From assembly GCF_902713615.1 (NCBI RefSeq), contig NW_024055478.1, positions 248,001 through 283,555 of the forward strand: a stretch of DNA of 35,555 nt. The letters are read 5' to 3'. Shown one piece after another: positions 21,179 to 32,357 of the stretch. Position numbers and translations under genes: made by a program. A model generated the notes under the pieces. It searched no databases. It was not told where the DNA came from and was given only the letters and a program-made list of their open reading frames with translations. The stretch's first letter is position 1. Each line of letters starts with the position of its first letter. This DNA is from Scyliorhinus canicula (taxonomy: Eukaryota).

Positions 21179-24100
21179 CTATCTTTGAGCCAGGAAGTCC
21201 AGAAAAGGCTGCCATCGTTTATAGAACCCTTGTATTGATCCTCTCAGGGCAAATTTGACCCTTTCCAATTTTATAAATCCCGCCATGTCACTGATCCAGG
21301 TCTTCACACTTGGGGGCCTTGCATCCTTCCACTGTAGCAGAATCTTTCGTCGGGCTACTAGGGACACAAAGGCCAGGACACCGGCCTCTTTTGCCTCCTG
21401 CACTCCCGGCTCTACCGCAACTCTAAAAATCGCGCGTCCCCACCCAGGTTTGACCCTGGATCAAACCTCCCTCGACACCGTCCCCGCCACCCCCTTCTAG
21501 AATTCTTCCAGTGCTGGGCATGCCCAGAACATATGGGCGTGGTTCGCTGGACTCCCCGAACATCTGGTGCACCTGTCCTCACCCCCAAAGAACCTACTCA
21601 TCCTAGTCCCGGACATGTGGGCCCGGTGCAGCACCTTAAATTGAATGAGACTATCCTCGCACATGAGGAGGAAGAGATTACTTTCTCCAAGGCATCCGCC
21701 CAAGTCCCGCCCTCTATCTGCTCCCCTAGTTCCTCCTCCCATTTAGCCTTCAGCCTCCACTGACTCCTCCTCCACCTCATGCATTACCTTATAGATGTAA
21801 GACACCTTCCCCTCTCCGACCCACACCCTGAAAGCACTCTGTCCATCGTCCCCCGCGACAGCAGCAGAGGGAATCCCTCTACCTGTCGCCTAGCAAACGC
21901 CTTTACCTGCAAGTATCTGAACATGTTCCCTTGGGGAAGGCCAAATTTATCTTCCAGTTCTCCCAGGCCCGCAAACCTCCCGCCAATAAACAGGTCCCTC
22001 AATTTGCTGATGCCCGCCCTTTGCCACCCCCTAAATCCCCCATCCTTTTTCCCCGGGATGAACCGATGGTTTCCACCCAGTGGAGCCTCCATCGAGCCCC
22101 CTGTTTCCCCCGATGCCGTCTCCACTGCCCCCAGATTCTTAGGGTCGCCGCCACCACCGGGCTCGTGGTAAACCTCTGAGGGGAGAGCGGCAACGGTGCC
22201 GTTACCATGGCACCCAGGCTCGTAACTCTACATGACGCCATCTCCATTCTTTTCCACGCCGCCCCTACCCCCTCCATCACCCATTTACGCACCATTGACA
22301 CATTGGCTGCCCAATAGTACCCCAGAAGGTTGGGCAACGCCAGCCCGCCTCTATCCCTCCCTTGCTCCAGGAACACACTCTTCACTCTCGGAGTCCCATG
22401 TGCCCACACAAAGCTCAAAATACTGCTAGTCACTCTCCTAAAGAAGGCCCTGGGGATAAAGATGGGCAGGCACTGAATGAGGAACAAGAACCTCGGAAGC
22501 ACCGTCATTTTGACGGACTGAACCCTCCACGCTAACGATAATGGCAGCATGTCCCACCTCTTGAACTCCTCCTCCATCTGATCTACCAGTCTGGTGAAGG
22601 TATGCTAGTGAAGAGTCCACCAGTCCCTGGCCACCTGCATCCCCGGGTACCTAAAGCTCTCCCCTGCCCGCCTAAGCGGGAGCCTACCGATTCCTTCCTC
22701 CTGGTCTCCAGGGTGCACCACAAACACCTCGCTCTTGACTAAATTTAATTTATAACCTGAAAAGGTCCCAAAATCAGCTAGCAACTCCATCACTCCCAGC
22801 ATCCCTCCAACCGGGTCCGCCACATACAGTAACAGGTCACATACAACGACACCCTATGTTCCTCTCCACCTCGCACCAAACGTCTCCACCTCCCTGAATC
22901 CCTCAACGCCATTACCAACGGCTCGATTGCCAGTGCAAACAACAAGGGGGACAGGGGGCAACCCTGCCTGGTCACTCGGTAAAGCCGGAAGTACTCCGAC
23001 CTCCTCCTATTCGTGGCCACGCATGCCATTGGGGCCTCATATAGCAGCCTTACCCATCTAATGAACCCTTCATCAAATCCAAACCTCCCCAACACCTCCC
23101 ATAGGTACCCCTACTCTACTCTATAGAAGGCCTTCTCCGCATCCAGTGCCACCACTATCTCTGCGTCCCCCTCAATCGCCGGCATCATGATGACATTCAA
23201 CAATCTCCGCACATTCGTGTTCAGCTGCCTTCCCTTCACGAAACCTGTCTGGTCCTCGTGCACAACCCCTGGCACACAGTCCTCTATCCTGGTGGCCAGG
23301 ATTTTTGCCAGGACCTTAGCATCCACGTTGAGGAGAGATATGGGCCTGTATGAACCATACTGCTGGGGGTCCTTGTCCCTCTTTAAAATGAACGAGATCA
23401 GCGCCTGCGACATCTTCGGGGGCAAAGCCCCCCCCCCCTTCCCACGCTTCATTGAGTGTCCGCACCAGCAAGGTCCACAAACGTTTTATAAAATTCCACC
23501 GGGAGACCATCCGGCCCCGGTGCCTTCCCTGACTGTATCTGCCCGATCCCCTTAACTAGCCCCTCCAGCTCAATCGGCGCACCCAACCCCTCCTTCTTCT
23601 CCTCCTGCACCTTCGGGAAAGAAAGCCCGTCAAGGAACCTCTCCATTCCCCTCCTCTCCCCCGTTGGCTCCGACCGGTACAGTTCCCCGTAAAAGTCCTT
23701 GAAGACCTCATTCACCTCTACCCCCTTCCGCACCACATTCCCACTCTTGTCTCTCACTCCAGCAATTTCCTTAGCCGCATCCCGCTTGCGGAGCTGATGA
23801 GCCAGCATCCTACTCGCCTTTTCACCATGTTCGTACACTACCCCTTGTGCCTTCCTCCACTGTGCCTCCGCCTTTCTAGTGGTCAGCAAATCAAATTCAG
23901 CCTGCAGGCTGCGTCTCCCCCCCAACAGTCCCTCCTCTGGTGCCTCTGCATACCTCCTGTCCACCTCCAGCATCTTTCCCACCAGTCTATCCCTCTCACT
24001 CCTCTCGCTCCTCTCCCTGTGTGCCCGGATGGATATCAGCTCCCCACGAATCACTGCCTTCAGGGCTTCCCAGACCATCCCCACCTGAACCTCCCCCATA

Positions 24101-24969
24101 TCATTCACCTCGAGGTACCCCTCAATACTTGCCCGGACCCTCCTACACACCTCCTCCTCCGCCAACAACCCCACATCCAACCGCCACAACGGACGTTGGT
24201 CCCGCACCTCCCCCATCTCCAACTCTATCCAATGCAGAGCGTGGTCGGAGATTGCAATGGCCGAATACTCGACCTCCTCCACTCTCGGAATCAGTCCCCT
24301 ACTCACCACGAAGAAATCTATCCGAGAGTAGACCCTATGTACGTGGGAGAAGAAAGAGTACTTGCGTGCCCTCGGCCTCACAAACCTCCATGGATCCACC
24401 CGCCCTATCTGATCCATAAACCCTCTCAGTACCTTGGCCGCCGCCGGCCTCCTACCTGTCCTAGAGCTGGACCGATCCAGTGAAGGATCCAACACCGTAT
24501 TAAAGTTCCCCCCCCCCCCCCACCATGATCAGACCTCCCGCCTCCAGATCCGGGACCTGTCCCAACATACGCCTCATAAAGCCCGCATCATTCCAATTTG
24601 GGGCATACACACTAGCCAGGAGCACCTTCTCTCCTTGTAGCCTGCCCCTAACCATAACATACCTACCCCCCCCTTTATCCGCCACCACCTCCGATGCCTC
24701 AAACAACACATTTTTCCCCACCAGAATCGCCACTCCCCGGTTCTTCACATCCAACCCAGAGTGGAAAACCTGCCCCACCCATCCCTTCCTCAGGTGGACC
24801 TGGTCCGCCACCTTCAGGTGGGTCTCCTGAAGCATTGCCACATCTGCCTTTAGCCCCTTCAGGTGAGCCAGTACCCTCGACCGCTTCACCGGCCCATTCA
24901 ACCCTCTCGCATTCCAGGTGACCAACCAGATCAGAGGGCGTCCCCCCCCCTCCCCCGTTGACTAGCCAT
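21179..24969 (-). pseudogene. L1 ORF2p, frameshifted
   Basis: VTWNARGLNGPVKR, AMLQETH, YSRIDFF, RPISLLNVDAKVLAKILA, RQGCPLSPLLF, CTRCSGSPANHAHMFWACP, ends FLAQR*. Confidence 0.9.
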
Positions 24970-25631
24970 AGCCCGTCAACTGCCCGCACCAGGCCAGCAC
25001 CCCCTGCCCGGCCCAGTCCCCACAGCGACAATACCTCTCCTCTGTCCCCCCAGCCCCCACCAGCTCCTTCCTGACCCTACCAGCAGCAACCCGGTATTCC
25101 CCTTTCCCCCCTCCCTTCCCCCCCAGGCTAGGAACCCTCCCAGCCGCGAACCGTCCTCCATTGTACTTCCGTGGGTCAGTTAACATCTGCTGACCCCGGA
25201 AACTCCTGCCAATAACCCGACCCCTCCCAAAGTGGGATCATCCCCCAATCTATCCCTCCTCCAGGCACCGCTCCAGCGCAGGGAAGAACCAGTTAAGGCC
25301 CCGCCTCCCCCGTCACCGTCTCCGCCCCCCTGCCACGCAGCGCAGGAAACCAGTGGAAAGCCCGCGCTTTCGCACTGCCCCACCACACCCTTCTGACGCA
25401 GCTCCCAAATCACCCCCCAACCATACCCCCCTCCGACATAGAATACAACATACCCCCCGACCCTCCCCGCAAGATACACAACTCAACCAATGCCCCACAG
25501 CAGAAAAAAACATAGCAGAACAACACCCCCATAAATAACCATATCAAAATTGCAAAAGTACAAAAAAAAGATCATAGCAACAGCAGAATCCAGCGTTAAG
25601 ATATTACAACCGACCCCGCAACCCCAAACCC

Positions 25632-25947
25632 CTAGTTCAAGTCCAGTTTCTCCGTCCGCACGAAGGCCCACGCCTCCTCCGGGGAATCAAAATAATAATG
25701 TCGGTCCGAATAAGTTACCCACAGGCGCGCGGGCTGCAACATTCCGAACTTTTGCCTGTAAAGCACCTCCTTCGTCCGATTAAATCCGGACCGCCGCTTA
25801 GCCACCTCCGCACTCCAATCCTGGTAGATCCGTACTACCCAATTCTCCCACTTGCTGCTCTTCACCTTCTTGGCCCAGCGCAGCACACACTCCCGATCAC
25901 TGAACCGGCGGAACCTCACCAGCACCGCGTGGGGGTTCATTGTCCAT
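25632..25947 (-). pseudogene. L1 ORF1 remnant: start codon joined to the C-terminal third
   Basis: cctATGGAC-AATGAACCCCCACG then AVLVRFRRFSDRECVLRWAKK...LDLN*. Confidence 0.8.
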
Positions 25948-26534
25948 AGGCCGGGAGACGTCGAAAAATTTCCGTTTTGGGCTCTAAAAAGAGCCGAAAG
26001 GACCGGTTAAAACGGGAGCTCCCAAATGTGGGCTTCCTACTTCATCACAGGATATTCCTGAATGATAATAATTGGGCAAATATAAGGACCGCTTACTCAT
26101 GTGAAATGGTCATTTTTGTCAGACAACAAAGAAATATTATAACCTCGAGACAGAATCCAGCTTAGCTCAGTGACATTAGAGCAGGAAACAATCAGAATGA
26201 CAGTAACAGTCACGTGCTGTCGAATGTGCTCACATAACAGAAGTTAGACTCACATGCAAGATATCGGATTCCAAGTAATCCAAATTAAACCCACAGAATA
26301 TAAATTATCAGGCACGCCCCAACGACTATACTGACCATACAAAGTCTTCTCAGAAATTGAATTTACACCATGAAACGCCATGCGTTTGACGCCATGAAAC
26401 AGCACAAAGTGTATCACGTGAGAGATGTGAAGAAAATTGAGACGAAATCACTTAAGGAAATATAAGGATATTTTTGTATCTATCCTAGGCCGCTTGATTA
26501 TTATAATTGGCTGTTTCACTGTTAATGCATTGCT

Positions 26535-26599
26535 GATCAACATTATTGCATTGCACTGTATCTCTCCGGATCAACATTGTTGCATTACACTGTATCTCT
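26535..26599. repeat. Tandem duplication, 31-bp unit, period 34
   Basis: gatcaacattattgcattgcactgtatctct vs gatcaacattgttgcattacactgtatctct. Confidence 0.85.
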
Positions 26600-27167
26600 G
26601 TCGGTTTGAATGCGCTAAGTATTGCTTTTTGCACCCTGTGTCCTATGTTAATACAATAGGTTCTGTCTATATTATTTCTCCTCCATGTACTGATTATAAT
26701 TGCATCCTAAACCTTACACTTTGGTCGAAATCCATGCATTTAAGAACAAAATCGAGATTATCTGTGTTGTTGTACATTAACATCACATAATGACATGTAA
26801 TCCTTGAAAGACACTGATTCCGCTTTAAATGAAATAATTTGCATGAAATCATTTATATTTAGCGAAAATAAACATTTGATATTTAGTCAGCTCCCCGAAT
26901 AAATATATTTACAATATCGTTTTCTTCTCAATTGTATTCCAAACAACCTTAGCTCCCCTCAAATTCTAAATGGATAAACAGCTCGAGTGATGCAGGCCTC
27001 TTCAAATGCCCTGAGATTAACAGGGTTTCAAAACTGGATGTTCTAACGCTGAGCGCAGTCTGTAGATACGCTGTGATCTCCTGACCCCGAATATATGGGA
27101 GACACAGGCAGTTACCGTGAACCTCACATGCTGCCAGGACATTGATATCTAACATTGAAGGAAAATG

Positions 27168-27253
27168 TCACCTGAAGAAGGAGCTGCGCTCCGAAAGCTC
27201 ATGTTTGAAACAAACCTGTTGGACTTTAACCTGGTGTTGTAAGACTTCTTACT
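27168..27253 (+). mobile_element. About 85-bp solo Penelope terminus containing a hammerhead
   Basis: Matches 5139-5224; flanked by TTGAAGGAAAATG at 27155-27167 and 27253-27265. Confidence 0.9.
27169..27203 (+). ncRNA. Hammerhead ribozyme variant
   Basis: CAC-CUGAAGA-A-GGAGC(UGC)GCUCC-GAAA-GC-UC-AUG: loop II changed, stem II and core intact, first stem I pair disrupted (G to A). Confidence 0.7.
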
Positions 27254-27369
27254 TGAAGGAAAATGGCAGACGTATTTCTATGACCTATAGTGCGCCATGT
27301 TTCTGTGACTTTGTGAGCTCCGACATCTGCCATCCAAATGGGTAAGAAGATGATTGATTGATTACGTGT

Positions 27370-29131
27370 AAAATTAAACAGCATGGAATTGCGGGCAGTG
27401 AGATGGATAGAAAACTGGTTGGCACACAGGAAACAAACAGAAGGAATTAACGGGTGGTTTCAAATTGACAGGCAGTGACCAGTGGGGTACCTGGGATCGG
27501 TGCTACGACCCCAGCTATTCACAATATATTTGACGATTTAGATGAGGGAACAAAATGTAAAATCTCCAAATTTGCAGATGACACAAGTTGGGTGGGAGGG
27601 TGAGCTGTGAGGAAGATGCAGAGATCTTTCAGTGTGATTTGGACAAGTTGAGTGAGTGGGCAAATGAATGACAGTATAATATGAATAAATGGGAAGTTAT
27701 CCACTTTGGTAGAAAAAAAAGAAAGCAGACTATTATCAGGTTGGACATAAATTAGGAGAGGGGAACATGCAAAAAGACCTGGGCCGGGATTCTGCCCTGC
27801 CCCGCGGGCGGGGTGTCACGGCGGGACGGAATGGCATGAACCACTCCGGCGTCGGGCCTCCCCAAAGGTGCAAAATTTTCTGCACCTTTAGGGGCTAGGC
27901 CCTCGCCGGAATGGCTCCCGCTCCGCCGGCCGGCGCGAACAGCCTTTGGCGCCCCGCCAGCCAGGACCAAAAGGCCTTCGCCGGCCAGTGGAAATCCGCG
28001 CATGCGCCGGTGCGTTAGCGGCTGCTGACGTTATACTGGCGCATGCGCAGGGGAGGGGATCTCTTCCGCCCCCGCCATGGTGAAGGCTATGCCGGGGCAG
28101 AAGAAAAAGAGTGCCCCCATGGCACAGGCCCGTCCGCCGATCGGTGGCTCCCGATCATGGGCCAGGCCACCGTGGTGGCCCCGGCGCCTTCCCACGCCAC
28201 CAATCCCGCCGCACCAGTCGTGCTTTGATTCCCGCCGGTGGAAGAGGCCTGTCAGTGGTGGGATGTCTGCACATCGCAGGCCGGAGAATCACGGCGGAGG
28301 GCCGGCTGACTGACGCGGCGCGATTCCCGCCCCCGCCGATTCCTGGGTGGCGGAGAATTTGGCCCACGGCTGGGGCGGGATTGACGCCGGCCCCAGGCGA
28401 TTCTCCAACATCCCGGGGGTCAGAGAATTCCGCCCCTGGTCACTGAAGGTAACCATGCAGGTACAGCAGGTGGTAAAGAAGACAAATGGTCTGCTGGTCT
28501 TCATGACGAACGATTCGAGTACAGGAGCAGGGATAACTTGCTGCAATTATACAGGGCCATGGCAATGCCATACCTGGAATATTGTGAGCAGTTTTGGTCT
28601 CCTATCTGAGGAAGGAAGTTCTATCTATGGAGTGAGTGCAGCAAACGTTTACCAGACTGATTCCTGGGATGGCAGGTCTGACATACGAGGCTCGATTGTA
28701 TTGGTTAGACTTGTATTCGCTGAAGCTCAGAAGAATGCGGGGGGATCGCATAGAAAGCTGTAAAATTCTAACAGGACAGGACAGGGCATATGGATGTTCT
28801 CAAAGCTGGGTGTGTCCAGAACCAGGTGTCAGAGACTGAGGATACGGGGTAGACAATTTAGGACAGAGACGAGGAGAAATGTCTTCACCCAGAGAGTGGT
28901 GAGCCTGTGGAATTCGTTACCACAGGCAGTAGTTGAGTCCAAAAAATAGTATGTTTCCAAGAAGCAGTTAGAAACAGCACTTAGGGCGAAGGGGATCTAA
29001 AGATATGGGGGGAACCGGGATTAGGCTATTGAGTTGGATGATCAGCCATGATCATAATGAATGGCAGAGCGGGATTGAAGAGCCGGATGGCCTCTTTCTG
29101 CTCCTATTTTGTCTACACTACATATGTTTCT
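27370..29131 (+). mobile_element. CR1-clade LINE (RT to 3' end), decayed, interrupted by a MITE
   Basis: IENWLAHRKQ, VTSGVP, ISKFADDT (about 27565-27585), CR1 3' UTR ggatggcctctttctgctcct. Confidence 0.85.
27782..28435. mobile_element. 654-bp GC-rich Harbinger-type MITE
   Basis: 12-bp TIR GGCCGGGATTCT / AGAATTCCGCCC (10/12), CTG on both sides (27779-27781, 28436-28438), no credible ORF; CR1 sequence resumes after it. Confidence 0.8.
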
Positions 29132-29654
29132 AAGACTCATTCTCGTCAATGTCTGGGTACACTTTCTAAAGGGGTATAGAACCTGAAGTGCGATTTCCAG
29201 AACCGCACCCAATTTTCCATTTCAGGGAGAACCAGTTGTTTATCAACGGTCACCAGCAATTTCTCTCTTTTGCATCATGTACATGTGTTCTGAAGCCCAC
29301 CAAATCGTATGTTTTAATAATCACTTTGACAGCTACAGTCAACGAATTTTGCCCAAAAAGTTCAGGTCTCTTTGTTCTTTCATGCAGTTTAAACTTTAAG
29401 TGAATTATTTATTTTGTGAGGTCAGAGAGAAGCACATTGACATTTCCAATGAACAAGAAGGAATGTGAAAATTTGACGAGTGCAACAAATTTATTTTCTG
29501 CCCCAAATATGCAAAATTAATTATAAATACATTCGTCGAGAATCAATGCATTTTCTTTGTGTCTGTGTGTGGGAGTGCTTGCCTGTTCCTTCTCCAATCT
29601 CCGAAATGGTGAAGACCTTGGACTATCCCCGTGCTTTGTATCACTGTTAAACAT

Positions 29655-29933
29655 TAGAACATAAGAACATTAGAACTATGAGCAAGAGTAGGTCATCTGA
29701 CCTTTCGAGTCTGCTCCGTCCATGCAATGAGAGCATGGCTGAATTTTTGTGAACTCAGCTCCGCTTTCCCGCCCGGACATCATAACCCTTTATTCCTTTA
29801 TTCTTCAAAAAACTATCTTTATCTTGAAAACGTTTAATGAAGGAGCCTCAACTGCCTCACTGGGCAGGGAATTCCATCGATTCACCCTTTGGGTGAAGAG
29901 GTTCCTCCTAACCTCAGTCCTAAATCTACTTTT
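29655..29933 (-). mobile_element. CR1-clade LINE 3' end
   Basis: (TAAGAACA)-type tail and CR1 3' UTR; the minus ORF includes RRNLFTQRVNRWNSLP. Confidence 0.8.
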
Positions 29934-32357
29934 ACCCAATAGTAGCTGAGAGATAGAGGAACAGATTGGGCGGCAGATCTTGGATAGGTGCAGAAGTAAC
30001 AGAGTTGTTGTCATGGGTGACTTCAACTTCCCTAATATTGACTGGAACCTCCTTCGTGCAAATGGTTTGGATGGAGCAGATTTTGTCAGGTGTGTACAGG
30101 AAGGATTCCTGACTCAATATGCATAGAGGCCGACTAGCGTGGAGGCCATATTGGACTTGTTGCTCGGCAACGAACCAGACCAGGTGTCAGATGTCTCGGT
30201 GGGAGAGGATTTCGGTGACAGTTACCACAACTCCTTCACCTTTTCCATAGTCATGGGGAGGGATAGGAACAGACAGTGTGGGAAGCTATTTAATTGGGGG
30301 AGGGGAAATTATACTGCTATTAGACAGGAGCTGAGGAGCATAAAGTGGGAACAATTGTTCTTGGGGACATGCACAACAGTAATGTGGGGATTGTTTAAGA
30401 AGCACTTTCTGGGAGTGCTGAATAGTTTTGTTCCACTAATACGAGGAAAGAATGGTAAGGTGAAGGAGCCTTGAATGACAAGAAAAGTGGAGCTTCTAGT
30501 CAAGAGGAAGAAGGAAGCTTACGTAAGTTTGAGGAAGCAAGGATCTGACTCGGCTCCAGAGGGTTACAAGGTAGCCAGGAAGGAACTCAAAAATGGACTG
30601 AGGAGAGCTGGAAGGGGGCATGAAAAAGCCCTGGTGGGAAGGAGTAAGGAAATCCCCAATGTGTTCGACACTTATGTGAGAAATAAGAGGATGATCAGAG
30701 TGAGAGTCGGGCCGATCGGGGATAGTGGAGGGAACTTGTGCCTAGAGTCTGAAGAGATGTGGGAGGCCCTAAATGAACACTTTGCTTCAGTATTCACTGG
30801 AGAGAAGGGCCTTGTTGCCCATGAGAACAGTGTGAACCAGGTTAATAGACTCGAACAGGTTGATATTAAGAAGGAGGATGTTTTGGAAATTTAAAAAAGC
30901 ATCAGGACATCAGGATAGATATGTCCCCTGGGCCTGACGGGATATACGCAAGGTTTCTACCAGGAGTGAGGGAAGAGATTGCTGCGCCGTTGGCGATGAT
31001 CTTTGCGTCCTCAATCTACACTGGAGAAGTAATGGATGATTGGACGGAGGCGAATGTTGTTTCCCTGTTCAAGAAAGGAAATAGGGAAATCCCTGGGAAT
31101 TAGAGACCCATTAGTCTTATGTCTATGGTGAGCAAAATATTGGAAGGATTCTGAGAGATGGGATTGATGATTATTTAGAAAAACATAGTTTGCTTATAAT
31201 AGTCAGCATGACTTCTGAGGGGCAGGTCATGCCTCACAACCCTCATTGAATTATTTGCGGATGTGACGAGAGACATTGATGAAGGTCGAGCAGTGAATCT
31301 GGTGTATATGGATTTCAGTAAGGCACTTGATAAGGTCCCCCATGGTACGCTCATTCAGAAAGTTAGGGGGCGGGGCAGCACGGCGGCACAGTGGTTAGCA
31401 TTGCTGCCTATGGCGCTGAGGACCTGGGTTCGAATCCCGGCCCTGGGTCACTGTCTGTGTCTGCGTGGGTTTCGCCCCACAACCCAAAGATGTGCAGGTT
31501 AGGTGGATTGGCCACGTTAAATTGCCCCTTAATTGGAAAAAATAATTGGGTATTCTAAATTAATTTTAAAAAAAAGAAAGTTGGGGGCATGGGTACAGGG
31601 AAGTTTGGCTGTCTGGAAACAGAATTGGCTGGCCGTAAGAAGAGAGCGAGTGGTAGTGGATGGAAATTATTCCGCCTGGAGGTTGGTGACCAGTGTCCCG
31701 CAAGGATCTATTCTGGGACCTCTGCTCTTTATGTTTTTTATAAATGAATTGGATGAGGTAGTAGAAGGGTAGATTAAAAGGTTGCCGATGACAGGAAGGT
31801 TAGTGGAGTTATAGATAGTGTTGAGGGTTGTTGCAGGTTACAACAGGACATTGACAGTTTAAAGGGCTGGGCTGAGAAGTGGCAGATGGAGTTCAACCTT
31901 GATGAATGTGAAATTATTCATTTTGGGAGATCAAATTTGAATGCTGGATACAGGGTTAAAGGCAGGATTCTTGGAAGTGTGGAGGAACAGAGGGATCTCG
32001 GAGTACTCGTACATAGATCCTTCAAAGTTGCCATCCAGTTTGATCAGATTGTTAAGAAGGCGTATGGTGTGTTGGCTTTCATTAACAGGGGGATTAAGTT
32101 TAAGAGCTGCATGGATTTGCTGCAGCTTCATAAAACTCTAGTTAGATTTAGCAGGATGCTGCCTGGACTGGAGGGCATGTCTTATGAAGAAAGGTTGAGG
32201 GAGCTAGGGCTTTTCTCACTGGAGCGAAGAAGGCAGAGAGGTGACTTGATAGAGGGCAAGGTGATGAGAGGCATGGATATAGTGGATAGCCAGAGACATT
32301 TCCCCAGGGCTGTCATGAGGGGACATAATTTTCAGGTGATCGGAGGAAGATATAGAA
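29934..32357 (+). mobile_element. 5'-truncated CR1 LINE (APE C-half + RT), decayed
   Basis: [54 protein letters not shown]. Confidence 0.9.
31372..31575 (+). mobile_element. V-SINE variant with an A-tail and a long TSD
   Basis: gggcagcacggcggcacagtggttagc head, B-box ggttcgaatcc, ends ctaaattaattttaaaaaaaa; TSD AGAAAGTTAGGGGGC (31357-31371) / AGAAAGTTGGGGGC (31575-31588). Confidence 0.85.

Larger units (their letters stand above)
20935..26047 (-). mobile_element. L1-clade LINE with near-complete 5' UTR, internally deleted ORF1 and frameshifted ORF2
   Basis: 12-bp TSD CAGGATATTCCT (20923-20934 and 26048-26059); AATAAA at 20958-20953; ORF2 motifs; 5' UTR similar to the L1 at 8228. Confidence 0.92.

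Noticed and set aside
29655-29990. Head-to-head CR1 pieces as a twin-priming inversion
   Set aside because: The inverted piece is a 3' terminus with its own tail, not the 5'-adjacent internal segment; two independent insertions are more likely.
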